Source: Octopus sinensis (taxonomy: Eukaryota). Taken from it: a stretch of DNA of 64,000 nt. Under the pieces are notes generated by a model. The model saw only the letters and a list, made by a program, of their open reading frames with translations, did not search any database and was not told the DNA's origin. This document shows positions 27,921 to 40,366 of this stretch, in pieces (the stretch's first letter is position 1; each line of letters begins with the position of its first letter). The stretch spans positions 39,866,001 through 39,930,000 of the forward strand of contig NC_043010.1 in assembly GCF_006345805.1 (NCBI RefSeq). The letters run 5' to 3'. Position numbers and translations under genes: made by a program.

Positions 27921-28300
27921 AGCCGGCGAGCTGGCAGAAGCGTTAGCAAGTCGAGTGAAATGCTAAGCGGTATTTCATCTACCGCTACGTTCTGAGTTCA
28001 AATTCCGCCGAGGTATACTTTGCCTTTCATCTTTTCGGGGTCGATTAAATAAGTATCAGTTATGCACTAGGGTCAATATAATCCGTATGTCTGTCCTTGT
28101 TTGTCTTCTCTGTGTTTAATCTCTTGTGGGTAGTAAAGAAATAGGTATTTCATGTTTTTACGTTCCGAGTTCAACTTCCACCGAGGTCGACTTTACTTTT
28201 CTTCCTTTTGGGGTCGATAAATTAAGTACCAGTTGATCTAATCGATTGGCTCCCTAAGCATTTCGACCGGCGTGCTAACGTTTCTGCCAGCTCGCCGCCT
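27921..28300 (+). mobile_element. SINE family 3 copy, followed by an inverted head of another copy at about 28255-28300
   Basis: GCCGGCGAGCTGGCAGAAGCGTTAGC head and GAGTTCAAATTCCGCCGAGG; duplicated internal module as at 22950. Confidence 0.75.
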
Positions 28301-28330
28301 TATATAATATTAACTGATTGGTAAAACTGT

Positions 28331-28580
28331 GGATGCGCGTGGCTTAGTGGTTAGGGTGTTAGCATCATGATCGTAAGAATGTGGTTTCGATTCCTGAACC
28401 GGGCGACGCGTCGTGTTCTTGAGCAAAACACTTTATTTAACGTTGCTCCAGTCAACTCAGCTGGCAAAAATGAATATCGCCGCCATGGACAGGCGTCCCG
28501 TCCAGCTGAGGAACACATACGCCATTGAAACCAGGAAACCGGGCCTATGAGCCTGGCTAGGCTTTAAAAGGGCGCAAGGA
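28331..28580 (+). mobile_element. tRNA-derived SINE, near full length
   Basis: GCGCGTGGCTTAGTGGTTAGGG (A box) and GGTTTCGATTCC (B box); body matches 52707-52955 in reverse. Confidence 0.8.
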
Positions 28581-29249
28581 AAGAAGGATTTGTAAAACTA
28601 TAACTGAAAAATAATTTTTTACATAGTGGAAAAATAAAACCCAATAAATATATCTAAAACGCAATAAATATATGTTAGCGTAAATTGGTGTATTTATGTT
28701 CATATAGGAAAAGAGGTAGAAACTTGAAGATGAAGCCATAGATCAATTAACTGGCTCAATCCGCTACCCAATAAGAAAATCGTTACGTCTTAGCTTAAGA
28801 TATACGTTTTCTTTGTACATAGGCACTTCTCAAAAAACATATAATTACTTTATTATCTACAATAGAAATCCGGGCAATCACACTAAATATAACACAAAAT
28901 TTGCTTCCTGTTATAGAATTTAGATTAATAGATATGAGAATAATAATCAGCCCTCTAGGTAATTACATTCGTCCACACAATTGTCCAATTTATTCATAAT
29001 GTTAAGAAAAACAATTTGTTCTGCGAAAATAATGCCGTAAGTAACACATTGAATAAGACTTGCGGCAAATAATTTTAATTTTAGATCAACTTGTCACCGA
29101 TGGACCTTCAGTCACGAAACGTATAAACAATATCTCGATATCTCAAAGATAGTATTTAGGATCAATTACCATGATGTCTTTTTCTGTTTGTTAGTATTAT
29201 AGTATTTTATAGTAGTTCTGTTTGTCGTTGCGTTACTTAGCCCGTCGGT

Positions 29250-30800
29250 AACGCTTTTAGAGGATTAAAGAAAAAGAGGGAGAAAGAAGAGAGTGGGAGA
29301 GAGAAAAAGAGGGAGGGAGGGAGTAAAGCGGGAGATGTCTTGAGGTAGAGGGAATGTAATTGTAACGCTTTCCCGCGGTTAGTTGAAGGGAAAGAGGGGA
29401 AGAGAAAAAGGAGAAAGTAAAAGAGGAAACGGCGAAGAGAGAGAAAGAGGGGGAAGGAAAAGAGTTGGAGAGAGAAAAAGAGGGAGTATTTTTTTATTCC
29501 CCATAAGGTTGAGAAAAAGAGTGGTCAATACGGGGACAGACAAAACAAACGTTGGGCTAAGGGTATCGAATGAGACGAAACGTATGAATAAACAAACAAT
29601 TAAAATATATACGATTAAATGAGAATGAGTGATTGACAAAAAATGAAGCGGAGGACGCGGTTGGCCCCACAAACAACATACTCACACTGAAGACTTTGCT
29701 TTCTCCTTTTTTACATTCTCGATTAAACAGGTTCTTTCACTCGCAACATACTTGCTATATACTTCCATCTTTTACGAAACATACTTTGCGACAGGCATTT
29801 CTTCTCCAGCCTTATTTTCCGTTTCATGGGGAAAACGAAAAAGTCGATTAGCACGGGACTGGAGATAAACATGCCTGTTGCAATTCCTTTCACTCTCGTC
29901 TTCCATACTACTTCTTTCGCCACAGCAACTACCGAGAGAAAACAGGCTCGCCCTTCCCTATTCAGGGAGGTCGGCGGAACTATCTTAATTACAGATTCGC
30001 TCGACACTTGTACTCTTCTCGAATGCGACAGCAGGTGTTCGACATAAGCCCAGAGTTCAGTCACCTTGGGGCATTGCACAATCGCGTGCAGGACAGTTTC
30101 ACAGTCCCTCTCACATCTTGCACAAACCGGCGATGGTGCACAGCCATGTCTAAAGAGCTTATCTCGAACCGGTAAAGCTCCTCTGTAACATTGCCAGGCC
30201 AGGGGCTTTTGGTAATTATCCCTAAACACCGGACCGAATGTTCTTTGCAACAGGCTGGCCAGTTGATTTTCGTCGAAGCCCAGGGTTTCTCCCAGGACGT
30301 GGTCACACTTAAACTCTACTAACCCTCTATAGAAAAACGAGGTAGTACACCGGCCACCGGCGTTGCCCGACTGGGAGATAAGTACGAGTGCCTGATGGCA
30401 CTCTACATGCGGAGTAAAGCGGGGGATAGAAGCATCAATATCGTCAGGTAGAGGGAATGTAATTGTAACGGTTTCCCCGCGGTTAGTTGAAGGGAAAGTG
30501 GGGAAGAGAAAAAGGAGAAAGTAAAAGAGGATAAGGTGAAGAGAGAGAAAGAGGGGAAAAGAAAAAGAGAGAGAGAGAAAATAAGGAGAGAAAAACAGGG
30601 ATAGAGAAGCGTCCATGTGGTGAGGTAGAGGAAACGTAATATTTTTAATAAAGGGGTGATGTTCTGATGATGAGGTTAAAGAAAGACAGAGAGAGGGAGA
30701 GAGAGAGAAAGAGGAGGAGAAAAAGAACGGTGGGGAGAGAGGGGAACGTAGATTATGATGGGGTGTGATGGTGGAGGGGATGGTGTTGGTGGTGATTGGA
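29250..30800 (-). mobile_element. L1/Tx1-clade LINE 3' fragments (ORF2 C-terminus plus duplicated 3' UTR)
   Basis: Contains the zf-RVT ORF; the purine-rich block GGTAGAGGGAATGTAATTGTAACG..CCGCGGTTAGTTGAAGGG occurs at about 29343 and 30446. Confidence 0.7.
29723..30446 (-). pseudogene. zf-RVT-type C-terminal domain of LINE ORF2
   Basis: AWQCYRGALPVRDKLFRHG..SPVCARCERDCETVLHAIVQCPKVTELW is a CCHC zinc-binding RVT motif. The upstream part of the listed ORF (30447-30616) is low-complexity UTR sequence. Confidence 0.8.
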
Positions 30801-30854
30801 TAGTGAAAAGTATATTTTTTAATTGAACTCTTTTTTTATATCACCTATCACTTA

Positions 30855-31040
30855 ATGCTGTGGTTTCGATTCCTGGACCGGGCGATGCTTTGTGTTCTTG
30901 AACAAAACACTTCATTTCACGTTGCTCCAGTCCACTCAACTGGCAAAAATGAGTAACCATGCGACGGACCGGCTTCCCGTCCAGGTGGGGAATTTCTACA
31001 CCACTCAAACCGGGAAACCTGCCCTTAGGTTGTCCTATGT
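30855..31040 (+). mobile_element. 5'-truncated SINE
   Basis: TGTGGTTTCGATTCCTGGACCGGGCG...TTCTTGAACAAAACACTT matches the 28331 family. Confidence 0.7.
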
Positions 31041-32364
31041 AATTCCTGTCACGCCCACTGTAGTTTATAATATAACTTAGGTTCCTTGGCACACAGCTGA
31101 TATGATTTTTTTTTGGTGAATATTTGCCTTAAATTAAAACCATATGTCGAAACTTCCATAAGGTTGCCACGGCTTCCGCAATTGGGGTGGTTAAATGTTT
31201 TGCTGCTGGGGTCTTCTTCTTCTTCTTACAATCAGGACTCATGCCATTAGCCACAAAGAATAATCTCTAATTTGAGCCTATTATAAGCTACTAAGGATGC
31301 ACGTGGCAACTTGAAGATCCACCCACCGCACGCGATAGACTGGCAGTTGCACGGGCGCGAAAGCTAAGTTGTTATCCTCATTCCGTAAACGGTGGCTCTT
31401 AAGGACTGGAGAGCTGAACCATCACAGCGGATTCACAATCTAGACTAGGGTCTGGACGCTTACCACACCATAGTGGGTTACATCATGGCTCCTTTGCTTT
31501 GTAACAGAAGTAGGAAGAAAGGGTGAGAGAAAGTTGTAGTGAACGAGTACAGCGGGGTTCACCACCCTTCCCCACCAGAGCCTCATGAAGCTAAGGTGTT
31601 TTTGCTCAATAAACACTCACAATTCCTGGTCTGGGAATCGAAACCGCGTTCTTTGGGTTCTCTTTACTTTTAATAATTTTATGTTTCGTGTGCCTCTTTC
31701 TTTCGAGGATCGTTCAACAAAAAATCTAGATTCTAATAGATGATGTTTTATCCTCCGATGTTTCTTGGATTGTGTGTGGATACGTGAGTTACAGTGTTAA
31801 CAGTCCCAGAGGATTTTCTTGTCTATTTCGTAATTCTTAGATGTCTACAATTTTTGAAAGGTTTATAGAGTTATTGTCTAAATTGACTGGGTATTTTTCT
31901 TTGAGCAATATATTCTTAAGCTGTTGCAATCGGTTTCCTGGGATTCGGGATTACATACCTGCACGGACATGGTGAAATATCATTTGAAAAGAAGTGAGCG
32001 TTGGCGACAGGATGGAGATCCAGCCATATCATCCCAAATGCCCGATAATCTAGATATTTCGTGTGTGTATTATATATATATATATACATATAGCTTTTTC
32101 GTAATGAGATAAAAAAAACAAGGCTGTGTAGATTTTAGAACATTTATAGATATCTATCTCTAAATGTTCTAAGATCTACACAACCTTGGTTTTTTTCATC
32201 TTAATACGAACAAATTTTTTTATATACACACGCTGACATATGACCAACGTTGAAACCCTTATTCGCAAAATCACCGAACCTGGAACTTAACTATGGTCTG
32301 TCTATAGCACTTATTCAGCATTACCTGACACCTCTGGGTCTCAATGACACCATTACCTCACATG

Positions 32365-32411
<47 letters not shown>

Positions 32412-32412
32412 G

Positions 32413-32455
<43 letters not shown>

Positions 32456-32499
32456 CGTGTGTCTGTGTATATATATATATATATATATGTATATGAATA

Positions 32500-34105
32500 T
32501 CTCTTATTATAAAAGGCAGATTTTATCTGCCTCCCTGGGAGTTATAGAAATCTACAATATAGGATTTCTTCAATTACAATTTACTAGCAATTTTAAGAGT
32601 ACAATGCATCGCGTCATGCCAGGTCCAGTTTTTAAAATTTAAACTCCAATTAAGCAAAATTTACAGAAAACTCACATTCTGGTGTGTGTGTCAAACGCTT
32701 TTCTTAGTCTGGTTTACACCACACGCAAACGCACACACACACAAGGGGAGCGAAATTGTTTACTGACGCTATCACCTTTCTCCTCCTTTGTCTTTGCAAG
32801 TTGGCAGCTATTAAAGTGAAAACAGTGAATCCGACAGCGATTAAGAACACGAATTAGCACCTGAATGGAGTGAAAATTTAAAAAAACTGTTTCTTTCGGT
32901 GATTTTTCTGAAGAACTGCACCAAGCCACAGACTTTCCCAGAAGAGTAAAGCCTTACACTATTTCTATTTACTTTTTCGAATGAGCCCATTTGAAATCAT
33001 TACGGCAGAAACGAACTGTTACGTAAACGTAAACAAAACGAAAAGAAACGATAGTTTGTTATCCCACAACCTTAAATGAAATTAAGGCCTATTTTACCAT
33101 AAATATTATTATGGGTATCAGAAAGTTACCCAGAATAACAAATTCTATCGTAAAATTTTGTTGCATACCCAATGAAATATTAGCTAATAACCCATTTTCT
33201 AAGCGATGTTTGAACAAAATTTTAATAATTTTACAGAAAGTTACCCAGAATAACAAATTCTATCGTAAAATTTTGTTGTATACCCAATTGAATATTAGCT
33301 AATAACCCATTTTCTATAGCGATGTTTGAACAAAATTTTAATAATTTTACAGAAAGTTACCCAGAATAACAAATTCTATCGTAAAATTTTGTTGTATACC
33401 CAATTGAATATTAGCTAATAACCCATTTCTATAGCGATGTTTGAACAAAATTTTAATAAATTTACAGAAAGTTACCCAGAATAACAAATTCTATCGTAAA
33501 ATTTTGTTGTATACCCAATTGAATATTAGCTAATAACCCATTTTCTATAGCGATGTTTGAACAAAATTTTAATAAATTTACAGAAAGTTACCCAGAATAA
33601 CAAATTCTATCGTAAAATTTTGTTGTATACCCAATTGAATATTAGCTAATAACCCATTTTCTATAGCGATGTTTGAACAAAATTTTAATAAATTTACAGA
33701 AAGTTACCCAGAATAACAAATTCTATCGTAAAATTTTGTTGTATACCCAATTGAATATTAGCTAATAACCCATTTTCTATAGCGATGTTTGAACAAAATT
33801 TTATAATTTACAGAAAGTTACCCAGAATAACAAACGAGCCCTTCTGGGTATTAGCGCGCGTCTACGATGAGTCTACGATTTAAAAAAAAATTACCATCAT
33901 ATTTTTCCATCTTAATGCATTTTTCGCTTTTATATAAGGGAAAGTAACTCTCTAAAAATATCTACGATGTGTCAACGATTAAAGAAAAAATTATCTTAAT
34001 TTTTTTCAATTTTTAATGCATTTTTTGCTATTTTTGGCTATAACTCTCTAGAAATGCTTATATAGTTATTTCCTTACAACCCGAGCAACGCCGGGCGATA
34101 CTGCT

Positions 34106-34107
<2 letters not shown>
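32500..34107 (+). mobile_element. Non-autonomous Helitron
   Basis: 5' A|TCTCTTATTATAAAA at 32500; 3' hairpin CCCGAGCAACGCCGGG (34080-34095) then CTAG|T at 34104-34108; A/T insertion site, no TSD. Confidence 0.75.
33119..33834 (+). repeat. About 116-bp tandem repeat x6.2 inside the Helitron
   Basis: CAGAAAGTTACCCAGAATAACAAA starts at 33119, 33234, 33350, 33465, 33581, 33697 and 33811. Confidence 0.95.
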
Positions 34108-34138
<31 letters not shown>

Positions 34139-34575
34139 GTATATACATGCATATATACATACACACATACGTACAAATACACACACACACATACAAAAAC
34201 ACAGACATACACACCGTGTATCTGTATATATATACAATAGACCACCGATATGTTCATCCGAGATGTTACAATCGTATCAGATTCTTCAAGTATTTCAATT
34301 CTGTGTATATACATATATTTACTTGATTTACTCTTTTACTCTTTTACTTGTTTTAGTCATTTGACTGCGGCCATACTGGAGCACCGCCTTTGCTGGAGCA
34401 CCGCCTTTGCTGGAGCACCGCCTTCCTGATATTTTTTTGTAGTTTTTGTCATCTTTCTGATAAGGTCGTCTTCCATTATTAATAATACTATGGCGACACG
34501 CATACAAATACATACACGGTCAACAAGCAGTAGTAGGGCTACAACTACACACACACACACACAAACGCACATATA

Positions 34576-34619
<44 letters not shown>

Positions 34620-34921
34620 CACGTATATAAACGGGACAAGGAGAGCAGTATAGGTTTTGAAGAATAAACTATAGGTTTTCTTTCCAAAAGTTGTACAGAA
34701 TGAGAAGGAATAATTTGTCATACATGGTTACATATCCATGTCTTATAATTTTATGCTTCACAAAACTTTCCGGGAAGAAAAATCTTCGCATCATAGGAAT
34801 TCATTTCTAATGTCTCCCACACCCCAACACACCTTCCACACTCACACACGCAGACAGACGCGCGCACCACACACACATATATAATATATATATATATATA
34901 TACAAATATATATATATAATA

Positions 34922-34979
<58 letters not shown>

Positions 34980-35187
34980 TGTGAAATAGAAAGATGATAT
35001 CTTGTAGTAGATTAATCAAAAGTTTAACCGATACCTTAGTAGCAAAAATCACAGCAGTGAACAGCACGGTTGGAGGTACAACCATCTGGCGTTGCAACCG
35101 TGCGTTGGTGCGGATAATTGAAATTAAAACATTATTGGTGAATTGAGAGAAATGGAGCTGAACGCAGATTGAACAGAAATCGTTTTA

Positions 35188-35277
35188 TTTCATTCTACAC
35201 GTGTTTCGAAAGGCACAATTACCCAAAATCCGATTGAATAATGGGACCATATTGTGTCTTTCTCTTCAGGAGAAAAA
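35188..35277 (-). ncRNA. Type I hammerhead ribozyme H
   Basis: Minus strand: TC-CTGAAGA-55-nt helix II (GAAAG/CTTTC, CACAAT/ATTGTG)-GAAA-CACGTG-T-A|GA. Palindromic helix III ACACGTGT, GUA triplet; helix I weak (2 bp, two mismatches, then 4 bp). Confidence 0.7.
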
Positions 35278-35430
35278 GGAAATCCGTTGGAAAAACAAAA
35301 ACAGAACAGAGGCAGAGCAAAAAAACAAATCGAACTGTGCTCCTAAGAGCCCATGGCGAAACTGTTTATCAGTGTATGTTGAGAACGGTGCTGAAGAATT
35401 CACAGGTCAGGGCATCGGTCAATCATATAT

Positions 35431-35947
35431 ATATAAATTTATATATGAGGATAATAATCGATATTTAAGTGTCGAAATTATCAAGTGCCATACCTTTGTA
35501 AGGTATTTCTTTCATGCTGGCCACTTGATAATTTCGACACTTAAATATCGATATTATCCTCATATATAAATTTATATTAATTCGTTATTATATTCACTGC
35601 GGTGCTTATTTAACCATATCGTACTTATGCGGTGATTTGGCGGGCGATTCAAACAGGCTGTGTCCATACGTGCATATGTATGTATGTGCGACGCTCGTAT
35701 ATGTAAGTATATCGTTTGCTGTGCATGTATATATCTGTTTATGTACCCTTGATATATTCAATTGATGACGGTAAAGCTTATCTAAAGCAGAACCAGAAAT
35801 CCTTGGATCTTGAATTATTCAATAATTTTGCTTGTATGTTTTGTCCCTCCGCTTTACCTCATGGTGCGACTTGAACATTTAACGTGGTTACTATAGCCAG
35901 TGTTTGACTGCTATTTCAGCATGTTGGTGTCTTTTAGACACCCTCAT

Positions 35948-35955
<8 letters not shown>
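35431..35955 (+). mobile_element. Element G: inverted arm plus HHR-bearing segment, between (TA)n runs
   Basis: Inverted arms 35431-35487 / 35522-35577; HHR-like motif at 35756; TTTGACTGCTATTTC (35903-35917) is identical to the array B motif. Confidence 0.65.
35756..35815 (+). ncRNA. Hammerhead-like motif G, probably decayed
   Basis: ATTCAA-TTGATGA-helix II (GGT/ACC, GCTT/AAGC; C.A mismatch at the base)-GAAA-TCCTTGGA-T-C|TTGAAT. 6-bp helix I, C3 changed to U. Confidence 0.6.
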
Positions 35956-35998
<43 letters not shown>

Positions 35999-36149
35999 AT
36001 ACATATTATATATAGAATATATATATATTATACATATATATATATATATATTATATATATATATATTCTACAGACAGACACATATATATATAGATATATA
36101 TCATATGGATAGATAGATAGTACAGACACATGGATACCTTCACTTTATC

Positions 36150-36690
36150 TTTGGTGTTACAAGGAGTTTTGTTGGTATCTCGCTCAACTGCGCCCTCACA
36201 TAATAATCGAGGTAGTTGCAGTCTCGGAAATTAGGTGGCCAGTTGTTTGAGCTAATGTAGTTGTATAAACTGCCTAACAGTCACGACTGGGTTCTCCTGC
36301 TTGTGTCGCATGGTTCAGAGTCCTGTTGCCAGACGTAATGTCTTCCAGCAGCCACCCGTGACCCAGAGTAGCACTACGTCCTCAAGGCACTTGATGCAGG
36401 CCTCTGCGTTGAGTTTGAAACCAAGTGGGAAGATTAAAGGAGGCATAACGACGCCATCACCAATGGTCACATCAAACACCTTGATATTTAGTGGATCTTT
36501 CATTTTTATCACTCTCGGCATATGTTCTCAGATTGCACTATCCTCAGCTTGACACCCAAGCTCTCTGAAATGTTCGTACCGAAGCTTTCGAGACGTATGC
36601 CAAGAAGTACAGCATATCGTTTCTTAATTTACTGGCAAAGTGAATTGCTTCATGGTGCTGTTTTTTCTTATGGACGGTGCCCAACTAGCC
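36150..36690 (-). pseudogene. Tc1/mariner (maT-like) transposon, internally deleted relic
   Basis: Minus frame KVFDVTIGDGVVMPPLIFPLGFKLNAEACIKCLEDVVLLW; same family as 58330-59075. Confidence 0.7.
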
Positions 36691-36768
36691 CTACAATACC
36701 AATACGCGAATTTAATATATATTCATATATGAAATTAATGTATGTATATCAGTATATAGATATATAAA

Positions 36769-36806
<38 letters not shown>

Positions 36807-37477
36807 TATATATATATATATATAATATATATATCCATATGTAAAGACACATGTATACGTTTACAATATACATGCATATCGACAACACAGCAACAGAAAT
36901 TACTATTGTAACACTTTACAAATGCTGAATATCTTTGTAGCATTAATACATTATGAATTTTAAATTATCTTCCCAAGAAAAATGTAATTTGCCAAGAAAA
37001 TTTTAATCACAATATATTGCGTGTAAAATAACGAATGCGTAACAATGTTTTAATATATTCACGTAACGTAGTTTCTTGTGTTCTTTAATTACTGTTTTTA
37101 AGCAAATAAAAAGAAATGGGTGGCCCACACATAATACGGAGCGTATCGATCGTGTTTGAAATTGTAGCATTCCCGATCTGTTACCCCTGATTGTAAATTG
37201 ATTCCCTACATTTGCATTTTCAAATTTTGTATTTATCGATCAAGCGAAACAGAAAGCTTACACATACATCCTTGGTTCGTTTGGCTATGTATACATCTGC
37301 ATATCTGCGGAAACACTCGTACACACTATGGACCATGCATACATAAATACTTTTATATATGTATATATATATGTGTGAGTGTATGTGTGTATGTGTATGT
37401 ATAGACGCATGCATATTTATATTACGCAATAAAAGACACTCACGTACACGTATGCATACATATACACTGATATATAA

Positions 37478-37518
<41 letters not shown>

Positions 37519-37719
37519 TAAATATATATGAGTGTGTGTGTGCGTGTATGTGAGTGTATGTTTGTGTTTGTCTCTCTGAGTGTGCACAGGGGTAGTCTAT
37601 GTGGGTATGCACAGGGGTAGTCTATTATAATACATGTACATATTTTATACTCATGTGCATTGCAAGTATCGATGTTGTAATCTTCTCATCCGTGGATATC
37701 TAAACAGCAAGGCAGACAA

Positions 37720-37806
37720 ATGGTTAAATCGACAGAGATATAGATGAATAGACAGACAGACGGATATATATATATATAGATATATATAATATATATATAT
37801 ATATAT

Positions 37807-37856
<50 letters not shown>

Positions 37857-38035
37857 GATAGATAGATAGATAGAAGATAGATAGATAGAATGATAGATAG
37901 ATAAATAGATAACTAATAATAGAAAAACAGATAGAGAGAGAGAGAGATAGATAGATAGAGAGATAGATAGATAAATAAATAGAAAAACAGATAGATAGAT
38001 AGATAGATATATAGATAGATAAATAGACAGACAGT

Positions 38036-38109
<74 letters not shown>

Positions 38110-38190
38110 CATAGATTAGATATACATACAAATAGACATACATACATACTCACACACACACAGATAGACAGACAGACAAACAGACAGATT

Positions 38191-38250
<60 letters not shown>
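37720..38250. repeat. Compound (GATA)n/(GACA)n/(TA)n microsatellite block
   Basis: Direct reading; it is the source of the spurious YLSI-repeat ORFs. Confidence 0.95.
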
Positions 38251-38713
38251 TATGCGGAGAGAATTTTCCTACCATTTTAAATTCACAATTAAGCAAATGC
38301 TGTAGGCATATATTTAATAGGCCAATTCCTTTTCACTCTATTATGTAGCCGAGATCATGAACCGTAGCCATGTTAATAGAAAGATTTTAATAAGCAGAAC
38401 ACTTTATGATATCAAAATCTCTTTAAATACTTAACGGTTCAGTGGGAGCGTAAGAAAATCTGTTGTAGGAATGCATCGAAATGTAAATATTAATTGCTCG
38501 TTAGCACTTGTAGTTGTTCGGCTTATGATTTTGTTAGTGTCACGATAAACAAAATGAAGTTGAATCAGGAGTTCGATTTCCGGTCGAAGCCATGCACACA
38601 TCTATACGTATGTGTGTATATATGAATCTTATGCACCTAATCGTGTACATTTATATGCCATTTACTAATGTTTTAGTCGAACGAATCAATCGTATGATTT
38701 ATTTTTTGAAGCC

Positions 38714-39350
38714 TTATGCTCTGGTGTTTGCTGAATTTCTCTGGAAAACATTCTTATCTTTGTAATTAAATCTTAAGTGATCTTCTTCTAGCATATTCAA
38801 TGTCCACTTAGTGGTCTCCCTATTATACGCATGTATTACGACTTTTCCGAATTTTCAGATTTTTCTATATGCTAGGCTACTGGTTTTAAATTGATATTAA
38901 TTAAATTAATATTCAATTTATCACCTCATTATTTAAATTTTAAGTAATTATGTTCTCTAACCGGCAACATTAACCCAGTGAATTATCTACTGCGGGACTG
39001 TTTCCGGGATTTAGCGCGCCAGAACTTAGACATTTGAAAATAGCCCCAATGTAATCGTAGAACTATACACACGGCTAATTTTATAAGGACAACTAGTGTA
39101 TAGATCTACAGATTATATTGAATTAGAACGATCGTACTGAAGAGTGCACTGACGATGATTACGTAAGTAAAATCGTTAATGCCGAAATCGGTCTGCGATT
39201 AATTGTGTATTTTGTATATTTTCATCTGTTACCCGTTTATGTTCTGGTGTTTGTTGAATTTCTCTGGAGAACATTATTTTCTTTGTAGTAAGATCGTAGG
39301 TGATCTTCTTCTAGCATATTGGATGTCTACTTAGTGGTTATCCCTATTAT
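38714..39350 (+). mobile_element. Element F: about 523-nt HHR monomer with diverged 115-bp terminal direct repeats
   Basis: 38714-38828 resembles 39237-39350; ends at (CA)n/(TA)n; internal CTACTGGTTTTAAATTGAT...CACCTCATTATT resembles the A/B/C units. Confidence 0.7.
39131..39199 (+). ncRNA. Type I hammerhead ribozyme F
   Basis: ATCGTA-CTGAAGA(39137-39143)-40-nt helix II (G-C closing, GCA/TGC, TGACGAT/ATCGTTA, TTAC/GTAA)-GAAA-TCGG-T-C|TGCGAT. 6-bp helix I, GUC triplet. Confidence 0.82.
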
Positions 39351-39378
39351 ACACACACACACACACACACACACCACA

Positions 39379-39422
<44 letters not shown>

Positions 39423-39456
39423 TTATATATATAAAACACCCGCTCAATCACTCAAA

Positions 39457-39990
39457 TGTGGAAAAGATATATCTCGACTTTGCAAAGGCCTTTCATACAG
39501 TCAATACTGGAACGATATGTCACAAACTGTGTGATCTCGGCACAGCGAAAAATTGGGAGAATGTCTGCAGGACATGCAGAAGGATAGAAGTCAGGTGATA
39601 ATAGCCAATTGAATCACTTCCAATGACACGCAAATAGTGAGCGGTGTTCTGCAAGGCACTGTTTTGGAACCACTACTGTTCATAATGGCCCTCTCAGGTA
39701 TGCCCTCAGCCACTCAGAGAGCCACGATTGAAAGTTACGCAGACGATACAGAAGTCTAACAGGTGATATAAAACACTGAAGACACAATGCACCTGCAATA
39801 TGAGGTGGATAAAATATACAAGTGTTCTGAAAAAAATAGCATGCAGTTTAATGCTGAAGAGTGTCAAGCTTTGAACTATCAGCATGCAAAACTAAATGTA
39901 ATACCCATTAAATACACTGGATCTGGAGTGATTGCAATCAAAAAACCAATACACAGTGAGAGACTTGCCCATGCATGGCGTCATCTCATG
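39457..39990 (+). pseudogene. CR1/L2-type LINE reverse transcriptase fragment
   Basis: IYLDFAKAFHTV, SGVLQGTVLEPLLF and YADD (39736-39747) RT motifs, with stops and frameshifts. Confidence 0.85.
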
Positions 39991-40335
39991 ATGTGAAACT
40001 AGATCAAATCAAAACATATAGAAAAACCTATATACAGAGACGCACATAGAGAAACACGTATCGTATTTCTGCTATCCTTTATTTCTTTCACTTACCAGAC
40101 TGCGGCCATGATGGGGTGCAGGCTTGAAGAATTTTAGTCGAATGGACCGACCACAGTTCTCATTATTTTTTTACGCCCGGAACTTATTCTATCTGATCTT
40201 TTGCCGAATAGCTAGGTTGTAAGCAAGCCAACACCGGTTGTGAAGTGACAATGGAGTACAAACACAGACACATACAGGTACACACACAGAGCACACATAC
40301 ACATGCATACATGCATACATATATATTATATATAG

Positions 40336-40366
<31 letters not shown>

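Noticed and set aside
29093-29125. CCGATGGACCTTCAGTCACGAAACGTATA HHR-like string
   Set aside because: Several core changes and no clean helix I or II.
33119-33834. Possible ribozyme in the 116-bp unit
   Set aside because: No CUGANGA/GAAA arrangement on either strand.
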